Positions 31,338 through 40,208 of a stretch of 64,000 nucleotides of DNA are shown here, in pieces (the first letter of the stretch is position 1; each line of letters begins with the position of its first letter). Origin of the DNA: a virus (lineage: Duplodnaviria; Caudoviricetes). The notes beneath the pieces were generated by a model, which did not search any database, was not told the origin of the DNA, and saw only the letters and a program-made list of their open reading frames with translations. Position numbers and translations under genes: made by a program. The stretch covers positions 1-64,000 of the IMG/VR virus record IMGVR_UViG_651703101_000001; one strand, given 5' to 3'.

Positions 31338-31979
31338 ATGGCATTCGATTTTCCAGCATCACCAATAACAAATCAAGTATATTCTGAAGGTTCTAGATCC
31401 TGGCAATTTGATGGAACATCATGGGTTTCTCAAAGTTCCCCAGGACCGCAAGGCCCACAAGGTGTTCCTGGCGTAGATGGTGCGAATAGTGAATACTTGT
31501 GGATTGGTGCTAATGATTTTAGGCCGACCATTACTAATGGCTGCACTACGGGAAATGATGAAACCCCTGCAAACGATATCAACCGCAATTACTTAATTTT
31601 TAATCCTACAACGGAAAGATATGCTCAAACATGGATTGGATGGCCGACTGGATGGAATACGTTTAGGGCTAGATTTGTATGGAAAGCAGACCCCACTGGT
31701 TTCTCAGCGGCCGCAGCAGTTTGGAGAATAGCTTGTCGTATATATACGGATTTAAATGATTTAGATTCCATTCAAGGTGTTGCCCAAGGTGTTACCGACA
31801 CAGCCCTTAATGTGGACTGGCAATTCATAACAAATTTAACGCCAGCGATAACTCCTGGAGGTACGCGAACTACTGGATATCCGACAAATATAATAGTATA
31901 CAGAGAAGTTGGAAACAGTTTTGATTTACTACCATCCGATGCCCATTTAATCGGAGTAATTCTATACAAGGATACATAA
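31338..31979 (+). CDS. Fibre-associated protein with MAFDFP N-module, short collagen segment and beta-rich C-domain
   Basis: N-terminus closely similar to ORF 28846; late promoter at 31313-31318. Confidence 0.7.
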   Translation: MAFDFPASPITNQVYSEGSRSWQFDGTSWVSQSSPGPQGPQGVPGVDGANSEYLWIGANDFRPTITNGCTTGNDETPANDINRNYLIFNPTTERYAQTWIGWPTGWNTFRARFVWKADPTGFSAAAAVWRIACRIYTDLNDLDSIQGVAQGVTDTALNVDWQFITNLTPAITPGGTRTTGYPTNIIVYREVGNSFDLLPSDAHLIGVILYKDT

Positions 31980-32036
31980 ATTTGTAATATGAAATACTAC
32001 TTTACAATAAATAATGTTAGTATCTCATGGCCATGA

Positions 32037-32339
32037 ATGTTTAAATACATAAAAACAAAGGCCAATAATAATAGTGTAAGTCAAAATAGGCAAATGGTTT
32101 GGTCTGGCATCACGACTGCAGTTCTAGCTAGTCTAATAGTAAGTGTTGGACAACCACTATGGGATATTGCTGTAATTAATCCTCTAATACTTGCAAGACT
32201 AAGGCAAGATTTTGAATATCAAAAGAGTAAACTTGCAAATATTGAGGAAAGATTAGATACTCAAGATAAACTTTTAATACAAATAGACCAAAGACTCATT
32301 CAATTAAAGGAAAGATTGGATAAAAGTAATATAAAATAA
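32037..32339 (+). CDS. Small membrane protein (hydrophobic helix plus coiled coil)
   Basis: MVWSGITTAVLASLIVSVG hydrophobic segment, heptad-rich tail; late promoter at 32008-32013. Confidence 0.6.
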   Translation: MFKYIKTKANNNSVSQNRQMVWSGITTAVLASLIVSVGQPLWDIAVINPLILARLRQDFEYQKSKLANIEERLDTQDKLLIQIDQRLIQLKERLDKSNIK

Positions 32340-32341
32340 TA

Positions 32342-32554
32342 TTACTTTTTAATTCTACCACAAGAATACCCTTCTGGAATTACAGTGGTAGATGAAATAT
32401 ACTTTTCGTCAGTTCCGTTATTGATCCATTTCCACAATTTGCTACCTGGAGTTCCTACTTTATTCCATATTTCTTTGTTCGGAGGATTCTTGAAATATCT
32501 GATTTCTCCTGTTACTTTGTGTTGATATCTTTTAGTTCCTTTTGGGAGTGCCAT
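32342..32554 (-). CDS. Small basic protein resembling the stand-alone DNA-binding tail of a homing endonuclease
   Basis: WINNGTDEKYI....IPEGYSCGR motif; own minus-strand late promoter; likely ATG at 32554 (ORF track uses TTG at 32560). Confidence 0.55.
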   Translation of the reverse strand: MALPKGTKRYQHKVTGEIRYFKNPPNKEIWNKVGTPGSKLWKWINNGTDEKYISSTTVIPEGYSCGRIKK

Positions 32555-32578
32555 GATCAATTATAATGAATATATGGT

Positions 32579-32593
32579 TATTTATCCTAAATA
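32579..32593. promoter_or_regulatory. Back-to-back divergent late promoters (TATTTA-tcc-TAAATA)
   Basis: Minus-strand TAAATA at 32579-32584 and plus-strand TAAATA at 32588-32593 for gp13. Confidence 0.7.
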
Positions 32594-32611
32594 GAAGAAA
32601 AGTACATTCTT

Positions 32612-33757
32612 ATGTCCATAGCCTCTCCACAGAACAGAAAAGAGTTCAAAGAGTATATTTTGCATAAATTAGGAAAACCCGTACTAGAAATCAACGTCGC
32701 TGACGAACAGATTGATTTAGCAATTAACGATGCATTTCAATATTTTCACGAAAGAGAACATTTTAACGGCACAGAAAGAGTATTCTATCGTTTGAGAGTC
32801 GAACAGCCTCTTTTAGACTTCTTTGAGACTGCTAGACTACAAGAGACCGCACAATCTGCAGTCCCTCAAGTACCTGGAGCTGGTGCAGTTGATCAACTTA
32901 CATTGGTCACGCCTGGTACAAATTACACTCCAACCACAGATGGTTCAGAAACACGTTCAAATCAACCCACAGCACCCGCGAACTCTGGTGTGACAGGGAC
33001 AGGATTAACGGTCAATTGGGGTGAATCTAGGACCGTTTCTGGTGGATTGGTGAGCGTATCGATATATTCAGCAGGGGAAGGATATAGTGTTGGAGATCAA
33101 GTCATCATTAGTGGTGGTAATAATGATGCTGTATTTCAAGTCACTGCAGTAAAAGATCAAACCCCACTGTATGGAGTTGAAATTGTTGAACAACAACGAA
33201 ATTGGATTACTTTACCTGATGATGTTATAGGTGTTACGAAAGTGTTTAAAGTTGGGAGTTCTTCCAATCTTATGACTGGAGGTGTAATTCCGGCCGCTTT
33301 CTTTACAAATCCATTTCTGAATGGAGGATTTAGCAATTCTGGAGGTATGCAATTTGATTTAGTGTCATGGTATACCATGCAAGAATATTTGAATACATTG
33401 AATTTTCTTCTAAGACCACCAGTAGTATTCAATTTTAATCAAAGAACACATAGATTACATATTCATTCTAATACTACATTACGATTGGGTGATTATTTGT
33501 TGATGGAATGTTCAGTAAAACCATCACCAGATGTGTATCCTGATATCTGGAACGACATGTGGTTAAAAAAGTATGCTACTGCACTCGTAAAATATCAATG
33601 GGGTGTCAATTTAACTAAACATACTGATGTAAAATTGCCCGGTGGTATCACTTTAAACGGTGAAATGATTTATAACGAGGCAAAACAAGAAATTGCAGAA
33701 ATTATACAAAAATTTGCCATGGATTGGGCAGATCCTGTTCTCGATTTGGTAGGTTAA
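32612..33757 (+). CDS. gp13: Neck protein gp13
   Basis: LGKPVLEINVADEQI, FNQR..RL.I, WLKKYATALVK.QWG.NL.K and LPGGITLNG. Confidence 0.95.
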   Translation: MSIASPQNRKEFKEYILHKLGKPVLEINVADEQIDLAINDAFQYFHEREHFNGTERVFYRLRVEQPLLDFFETARLQETAQSAVPQVPGAGAVDQLTLVTPGTNYTPTTDGSETRSNQPTAPANSGVTGTGLTVNWGESRTVSGGLVSVSIYSAGEGYSVGDQVIISGGNNDAVFQVTAVKDQTPLYGVEIVEQQRNWITLPDDVIGVTKVFKVGSSSNLMTGGVIPAAFFTNPFLNGGFSNSGGMQFDLVSWYTMQEYLNTLNFLLRPPVVFNFNQRTHRLHIHSNTTLRLGDYLLMECSVKPSPDVYPDIWNDMWLKKYATALVKYQWGVNLTKHTDVKLPGGITLNGEMIYNEAKQEIAEIIQKFAMDWADPVLDLVG

Positions 33758-33758
33758 T

Positions 33759-34814
33759 ATGCCATCAACTAGCACATTTTTCTCTAATGTTACCGGATAT
33801 TCTGGTGAAGAGGCTCTGATTGACTCATTGGTGATTGAACAGATCACTCTATATGGTCTAGATGTCATGTACATGCCCAGAAAAATGGTCAATTTTGATA
33901 AATTGACCAATGAATCTACAAAATCACTGTTTGAACTTGCTCTTTCCATTCCAATGTATGTGAAAAGTTACTCTGGATATAACAATGGGATGGAGCTTTT
34001 GACAAAATTTGGGGTAAGAGCATCAGATGAGCTCACTATGGTACTCTCAAAGAGTCAATTTGAGACCTATTATTCACCCTATCTTAAGAGTTATTATCAA
34101 TCAATCAATGGAACAGGACCAAATTCTGAACTTAATGAACTAGAAGGCCAAACAGAATATAAACCAAAAGAAGGAGATTTGGTTTATTTTCCATTTGATA
34201 ATGGATTGTTTGAAATAAAATATGTAAATACTGATGGTGAATTCTTTCAATTTGGAAGAAATTATGTTTTTGAAATTACATTAGAAAGATTTGAATATTC
34301 TGGTGAGAAATTTAATACTTCAATTGAAGAAGTTGATATGATTCAAACTCAAACTCAATACTATAGACTTGAATTTGAATTGAATCCGAACGGAATTGAA
34401 ACATTTGTGTTCAATGAAGAGGTTCACATCTATAAAATTCCAGAAGATATCGATGAACCGGGATATCAAGGCCCACAGACTGAAGACTTTAGATTCTATA
34501 ATTCTTCAGGAATACTAGAGCCCATGGAATATGTACGAGGAAATGTCATGAAATGGGATAAAACTACCGGCATTCTTGTCGTTGGTCAGTTGGACAATCA
34601 AGATCCAACACAAAGAGATCCAATAACTTTGAATGTTGATATTGATAAATTAAGTAATGTTCTCATCATAGGTCAACAAAGTGGTGCAGAATATAGATCA
34701 ATTAGTGCAAAGAAAGAACGTGTAGCATTTGATGATCACGCTGAAATTCAAGAAGAATTCGATATTATTAAAGTAGTAGATCCGGGGGATGAAGCCCCAT
34801 TTGGATTTATCTGA
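33759..34814 (+). CDS. gp14: Neck protein gp14
   Basis: L..EQI..YG.DV.YMPR, LTKFG, PKEGDLVYFP, FEIKYV and FEYSGE; C-terminal PFG. Confidence 0.93.
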   Translation: MPSTSTFFSNVTGYSGEEALIDSLVIEQITLYGLDVMYMPRKMVNFDKLTNESTKSLFELALSIPMYVKSYSGYNNGMELLTKFGVRASDELTMVLSKSQFETYYSPYLKSYYQSINGTGPNSELNELEGQTEYKPKEGDLVYFPFDNGLFEIKYVNTDGEFFQFGRNYVFEITLERFEYSGEKFNTSIEEVDMIQTQTQYYRLEFELNPNGIETFVFNEEVHIYKIPEDIDEPGYQGPQTEDFRFYNSSGILEPMEYVRGNVMKWDKTTGILVVGQLDNQDPTQRDPITLNVDIDKLSNVLIIGQQSGAEYRSISAKKERVAFDDHAEIQEEFDIIKVVDPGDEAPFGFI

Positions 34815-34844
34815 AACTAAATAAAGAAAAGGTAAAGAATCATT

Positions 34845-35693
34845 ATGTTAGGTGGACGTTACTATTATCATCAAATATTAAGAAAGAGTATCATTGCGTT
34901 TGCAACTTTATTCAACAATATTGTAGTAAAAAGAAGAGCAGTTCCTGGTGTTTCAAATAACGAAACAATAGAAACATATAAAGTTCCTATTCAATATGGA
35001 CCATATGAAAAATGGTTAGCTATAATTGCTGCTAAAGCAAAAGATGTTAAACCATCTACACAAATTACACTTCCCAGAATTTCATTTCAAATCAAAGGAA
35101 TGACATATGACGGATCGCGCAAAGTTGTTCCTACTCAATATATGAGAAGTGTCCCATCAGAAACTACCACTTCAAATAATCAACCAGTTCAATTTAAACA
35201 ATATATGCCAGTACCATATAATCTGGAAGTTGAACTATCAGTATTGACTAAAACACAAGACGATGGACTGCAAATTATTGAACAAATTCTACCCAATTTT
35301 CATCCATCACTTAACGTTTCTATTGAAGTTATTGACGAAACACACGAAGAAAGAGATATTGCCATCATTTTAAACGGAATCAGTTATATTGACGACTACG
35401 AAGGTGATTATACACAAAGAGGTACAACAATATGGACCCTAAACTTTACAGTTAAGACTTATCTGTTTGGACCAGTTGATGTCGAGAAAGATATTCGTAA
35501 GGTTGTCCTTGATTACAGAACAGATATTGTCAATCGTCCTGCAGAGCTTCGTTATTCTGCAGAAGTAGCATCCACCGATGTTCCTCCTATTCCTAGAAAT
35601 GAAATAGATCCGACTACTGACAATTATACTGTCGTTGAAACTTATGAGGATGTATTTTCATCGGATAACGACTTCTTTGGACTAACGCCATGA
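34845..35693 (+). CDS. gp15: Tail sheath stabiliser/terminator gp15
   Basis: RK.IIAF.TLFNNI, VP..YGP, TLPRISF, PVPYNL, DD.LQIIEQILP.F.P and F..KTYLFGP; late promoter at 34818-34823. Confidence 0.95.
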   Translation: MLGGRYYYHQILRKSIIAFATLFNNIVVKRRAVPGVSNNETIETYKVPIQYGPYEKWLAIIAAKAKDVKPSTQITLPRISFQIKGMTYDGSRKVVPTQYMRSVPSETTTSNNQPVQFKQYMPVPYNLEVELSVLTKTQDDGLQIIEQILPNFHPSLNVSIEVIDETHEERDIAIILNGISYIDDYEGDYTQRGTTIWTLNFTVKTYLFGPVDVEKDIRKVVLDYRTDIVNRPAELRYSAEVASTDVPPIPRNEIDPTTDNYTVVETYEDVFSSDNDFFGLTP

Positions 35694-36112
35694 AACCATT
35701 TGAATCTTTAGATCAAGCTTTGGATATCACTCCAATGGAACAAGAATTAGGTGAGCTCAAAAAAGCAACCTCTAGTTCTATTGCGGTTCGTGATAAAGAA
35801 GAAGATAAAGAAAGAGACTATCAACACATCAGGAACGAACTGTATTCACTAATTGAAAAAGGTCAAACTTTAATTGATGGAGTGATGGATGTTGCAGAAC
35901 AGTCTCAGCACCCACGAGCATATGAAGTTGCGATCAACTCAGTCAAAAATGTGTCAGAGATTGCAGAGAAGTTGATGGATCTTCATAAGAAACTAAACGA
36001 TGTTTCCACAGAAGAAACAAAAATTTCACAAACAAATGTTCAAAATAATGTGTTTGTTGCGGGAACAACTTCAGAAATTATGAAAATGTTAAAAGATGCC
36101 AACACTAAATAG
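35690..36112 (+). CDS. gp16: Terminase small subunit gp16
   Basis: DY...R..LYSLIEKGQ..I.G...VA..S.HPRAYEVA and NNVFV.G.T.E. Confidence 0.93.
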   Translation: MKPFESLDQALDITPMEQELGELKKATSSSIAVRDKEEDKERDYQHIRNELYSLIEKGQTLIDGVMDVAEQSQHPRAYEVAINSVKNVSEIAEKLMDLHKKLNDVSTEETKISQTNVQNNVFVAGTTSEIMKMLKDANTK

Positions 36113-36131
36113 TTAAAATAAGAGAAGTTCT

Positions 36132-36791
36132 ATGAGAACATTTGAGTCATTTTTGGCAGAAGCAGATGAAATGGGATTGCAATCCAGACTACAATCTGGT
36201 CAAGTCAATCCACAACAAGCAAAAATTCTGGCACAACGTCGGGCTAAAAGAGATTCAATTTCTGCACAGAAATCACCTGCTAGTCGGTCACCAATGCAGA
36301 CCAAAACAAAAAACTGGATCAAGAGAGCTGGTAGAGCTATTGTCGGACCAAGTGTAGGGGAAGTATTCCGTTCTGGTGACACCCCCAAAACTAACACCCC
36401 CAAAACTAACACAACTAAACCGACACCAAAGGCACTACCCCCAGCATCCGGCGGAAAAGTAGTACCAAGTCCTGCAGGTAAATTGGCAGCAAGTAAACCA
36501 TCTCCAGGTGGAAAATTAGTAGCACCACCTATTCAGAGAATCAATACAAAAACAGTCCCTACTCCTCAACAAAAGAAACCAGAAAGTTCTTCAGTTCCAA
36601 AACCACCAAAGACACCAAAAGAAAAGGATCCTAAAAAGAAAGGTAACAATCTCAAAAAGGCTTGGCAAATTGGTAAGAAGCTTCTAAAGAATCCAAAGAA
36701 AACAGTTGATACTTTTGGATCCGGTAATTTGGAAGGTCTACGTGTCATCGGTGCACCTACCAGTGGTAGATTTACTGTAAATTCTAAATAA
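36132..36791 (+). CDS. Basic Lys/Pro-rich protein with a T4-like capsid-targeting N-terminus (putative internal head protein)
   Basis: Starts MRTFESFLAE; late promoter at 36106-36111. Confidence 0.6.
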   Translation: MRTFESFLAEADEMGLQSRLQSGQVNPQQAKILAQRRAKRDSISAQKSPASRSPMQTKTKNWIKRAGRAIVGPSVGEVFRSGDTPKTNTPKTNTTKPTPKALPPASGGKVVPSPAGKLAASKPSPGGKLVAPPIQRINTKTVPTPQQKKPESSSVPKPPKTPKEKDPKKKGNNLKKAWQIGKKLLKNPKKTVDTFGSGNLEGLRVIGAPTSGRFTVNSK

Positions 36792-36813
36792 AAACAATAA
36801 CCTATAATACAAG

Positions 36814-38364
36814 ATGTCAAATAGAATCCAGGATGAATTACTTGATGTGTTCCTAGAAACACAAAACGAAGAAGTATCCTTCGATAAATTAAGAACCCAA
36901 TGCATCCAAGAAGGAATTGACAATATTAAAGATCGGATTCGTGATATCGAAATTAAACCTAGTGGATATACAAATTCTCTTTCTCAATCAACTAAAGACA
37001 CTCCTGTTGATAAGTCAAGTAAGCTAAAATCAATAGGTGATAAAGCATATAATACTTATAGAAAAGAAATTAAACCAAAAGAAGAGAAAAAAGTAGAGGA
37101 AAAGCCATCCACCATTGCAGGCCGGGCCGATGTTGAAGCGCGTATGCGAGAGTTGGTGAAAACTCGAAACGGTGGAGACTATGGTAGATCATCAGTTTCT
37201 GGACCAAATGGCAGTGGGAATGTTAATGATGGTTCTAGTTCACTGAACGTTGGTCTATATCCCACATCCCTCACTATAGAAGAATACGAAAACTATATTA
37301 ATTCTTTGTTTGAAAAGACAATAACTATTAAGGAAGATGTAACTCATGAAATTAATTCAAATCTTCCAACTATAGTAGAAGAAATAGACTCACCTCTATC
37401 TGAAGCCGTAGAGGAATTAGAAGAGAAACTACTTGAACTTGAGGATGGATCTTGGCAAGCCATAGATACTCTCATGCGTTCTATTTGTAAAGAACATAAT
37501 ATTACACCAAAAGAGTTACACAAGGAGTTTAAAAAGACTCACGGAATGATTCCTGATGATTGGCTCAAGGAACAAAAACAAGTAACCGAAACCTGTGGCT
37601 GGTTCCCACTAGATGAAGTTGTCAGAATAAACAAAGTTGGTATGGTATATGAAGTGACATTTATGTTCAGAGGAATGACACAAAGACTTAAGTTCTTCTG
37701 GCCAGAAGTCAATCGTCCAACTAAAGCCAAAATGCAACAGGCTGTAGAAAAATTATATCCTACAGCTAAGTTGCTAGTATTCTATCCATCGATGGATCAG
37801 AAAGCAAACTCAATGGTCATTCTTTCTCCACTTGGAGAATATTATGATCCTTTCCAAGAAGATGATTGGGGCTTAATGTCCGAAGAGGCAACTCTAATTT
37901 ATGAAGAGATCTGCACAGAAGAAGGAGAACCCCTCACACCACCATATATGGTAGATGAAAATACATATGAAATCGTAGTTGAAGACTTTGATACCGGTGA
38001 AGAAAAGATTATTCGTTTTGAAGAAGTTCGTAAGGATGACAACGGAAACTCTTCATGCTGGGATGGATATGTGAAGAAAGGTCTGAAGAAAAAGGGCGGA
38101 AAGATGGTTAATAATTGTGTTAAGGAAGAGGGACCGTCTCTATCTGTTGGTAGAGGTGAAAAACTATCTGTGGAAGCCGGCGGGGGGTTGACTGCTAAAG
38201 GGAGAGCAAAATATAACAGGGCAACAGGCTCTAACTTAAAACCACCAGTAACCTCAGACAATCCAAGTCCTGCTGATGCAGAAAGAAGAAAAAGATTTTG
38301 TTCTAGAAGTAGAAGCTGGAACGGAGAAAGAGGTAAGGCCGCTCGTCGTAGATGGAAGTGCTGA
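36814..38364 (+). CDS. Multi-module hypothetical late protein with a basic DUF6321-like C-terminus
   Basis: CWDGY..KG.KKKGGKMV.NCV and GGLTAKGRAKYNRATGSNLK.PV...RRK.FC.R...RRRWKC modules; late promoter at 36785-36790. Confidence 0.7.
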   Translation: MSNRIQDELLDVFLETQNEEVSFDKLRTQCIQEGIDNIKDRIRDIEIKPSGYTNSLSQSTKDTPVDKSSKLKSIGDKAYNTYRKEIKPKEEKKVEEKPSTIAGRADVEARMRELVKTRNGGDYGRSSVSGPNGSGNVNDGSSSLNVGLYPTSLTIEEYENYINSLFEKTITIKEDVTHEINSNLPTIVEEIDSPLSEAVEELEEKLLELEDGSWQAIDTLMRSICKEHNITPKELHKEFKKTHGMIPDDWLKEQKQVTETCGWFPLDEVVRINKVGMVYEVTFMFRGMTQRLKFFWPEVNRPTKAKMQQAVEKLYPTAKLLVFYPSMDQKANSMVILSPLGEYYDPFQEDDWGLMSEEATLIYEEICTEEGEPLTPPYMVDENTYEIVVEDFDTGEEKIIRFEEVRKDDNGNSSCWDGYVKKGLKKKGGKMVNNCVKEEGPSLSVGRGEKLSVEAGGGLTAKGRAKYNRATGSNLKPPVTSDNPSPADAERRKRFCSRSRSWNGERGKAARRRWKC

Positions 38365-38370
38365 TTTGTA

Positions 38371-40074
38371 ATGCAGGATACCGCTTATAAGGCCAATCCC
38401 CTCCTTAAACAAAGGGGAGTAAAAATTGATTATACAAAGGAACAGATTGCTGAACTCATCAAGTGTTCCCAGGATCCTGAATATTTTCTAGAGAATTACA
38501 TCAAGATTATCTCTCTGGATCATGGTATTATTCCATTCAAACCATATAATTTTCAAAGAAAATTAGTAAATTCTTTTCATGATAATCGATTTACTATATG
38601 TAAGCTACCTAGACAGTGTGGTAAGTCAACTACAGTTACTGCCTATTTGATCCATCAGGCCATCTTTAGAGATAATATTAACATTGCTATTCTTGCGAAC
38701 AAACGAGAAACTGCATATGAGTTGATGGCCAAACTTCAATTATCATATGAGAACCTACCGAAGTGGATGCAACAAGGTGTTCTAGGTTGGAACAAAGGAT
38801 CTATTGAATTAGAAAACGGTTCTAGAATTACTGCATCATCTACATCATCATCTGCTGTTCGTGGATTTGCATATAACATCGTAATGCTTGACGAATTTGC
38901 GTTCGTCCCAACAAACGTTGCAGATGACTTCTTCTCATCTGTATATCCTACAATTTCGTCTGGTAAATCTACAAAGGTAATCATTGTTTCCACTCCTTGT
39001 GGTATGAACCACTTCTATAAAATGTGGACAGATGCGACAAAAGGAAGAAACTCATATAATCCAATTGAAGCACATTGGAGTGAGGTCCCAGGTAGAGACG
39101 AGAAGTTCAAACAAGAAACTATTGCCAACACATCTCTATCTCAGTGGCAACAAGAATTTGAAACCGACTTCATCGGTTCGGTTGGAACTTTAATCAATCC
39201 AGCAAAACTAAAATCTCTGGTATATGATGAGCCTTTACTTTCTTCTGGTGGATTAGATGTATACGAACATCCAATCATGAAGGATGAGAACGATGAAAAT
39301 TCTAGAGATCATGAGTATATGATTACTGTTGACGTATCTAGAGGAATGAAACTGGATTATTCGGCATTTCTTGTATTTGATATTACACAGTATCCACATA
39401 GATTAGTAGCAAAATATAGGAACAATGAGATTAAACCTATGCTGTTCCCTGATGTCATTGTGCCTGTAGCTAAAAAGTACAACAATGCATGGATTCTATG
39501 TGAAGTGAATGATATTGGTGATCAAGTAGCTTCTATCATTTTCTATGATATGGAATATCCAAACCTGCTTATGACTTCGATGAGAGGTAGGGCAGGACAA
39601 GTGTTAGGCCATGGATTCTCTGGTGGTAAAACTCAACTAGGCCTAAAGATGGCCAAGGCCCCTAAGAAACTAGGATCGTCTAACATGAAACAGATGGTAG
39701 AAAGTGACAAAGTTATATTCAAAGACTTTCAACTTATCAACGAACTCACAACTTTCATCGAAAAAAGAGGATCATTTGAAGCACAAGATGGTTGTAATGA
39801 TGACCTAGTAATGTGTCTTCTAATCTATGCATGGGCCTGTGCACAGGATTACTTTAAAGAACTTACCGACCAAAGTATCCGTCAAGAACTTTACGAAAAA
39901 GATAAAGATACTCTCGAAGAAGATATGTCTCCATTTGGATTCATCGTAGATGGATTAGATAGTGGTTTTGAAATTGAGAAAGATGGAACTATTTGGGAGA
40001 AAGTAGAGATCGACGAGTACGGTACTACTTCTGGAAATTGGCAATGGGGAGAAGCAAATACAGCTTGGTGGTAA
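38371..40074 (+). CDS. gp17: Terminase large subunit gp17
   Basis: Walker A PRQCGKST, LDEFAFVP, VSTP.GMNHFY, VDVSRG and NDDLVM. Confidence 0.98.
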   Translation: MQDTAYKANPLLKQRGVKIDYTKEQIAELIKCSQDPEYFLENYIKIISLDHGIIPFKPYNFQRKLVNSFHDNRFTICKLPRQCGKSTTVTAYLIHQAIFRDNINIAILANKRETAYELMAKLQLSYENLPKWMQQGVLGWNKGSIELENGSRITASSTSSSAVRGFAYNIVMLDEFAFVPTNVADDFFSSVYPTISSGKSTKVIIVSTPCGMNHFYKMWTDATKGRNSYNPIEAHWSEVPGRDEKFKQETIANTSLSQWQQEFETDFIGSVGTLINPAKLKSLVYDEPLLSSGGLDVYEHPIMKDENDENSRDHEYMITVDVSRGMKLDYSAFLVFDITQYPHRLVAKYRNNEIKPMLFPDVIVPVAKKYNNAWILCEVNDIGDQVASIIFYDMEYPNLLMTSMRGRAGQVLGHGFSGGKTQLGLKMAKAPKKLGSSNMKQMVESDKVIFKDFQLINELTTFIEKRGSFEAQDGCNDDLVMCLLIYAWACAQDYFKELTDQSIRQELYEKDKDTLEEDMSPFGFIVDGLDSGFEIEKDGTIWEKVEIDEYGTTSGNWQWGEANTAWW

Positions 40075-40208
40075 TACGGTAAAAGATATCAGTCGTCATC
40101 TATAGTATAGTAACATTCTACCATAAAAATATTTGTTATATTTAATTAGTGTAACTGAGTGAAAATATACTTTTATCTAAATAGAATTGATTTATAAGAG
40201 GTATACTG

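Noticed and set aside
32860-33160. Insertion in gp13 (G.GYSVGD-type beta module)
   Set aside because: The same Gly-rich beta module recurs in gp7, gp8 and the VrlC-like protein and is common in cyanophage structural proteins
36379-36412. 15-bp tandem duplication (TPKTN x2)
   Set aside because: Short slippage repeat in a low-complexity linker with no evident function
40075-40208. Intergenic gap between gp17 and gp18 checked for tRNA or ncRNA
   Set aside because: AT-rich with no cloverleaf or stable stem; explained by the late promoter
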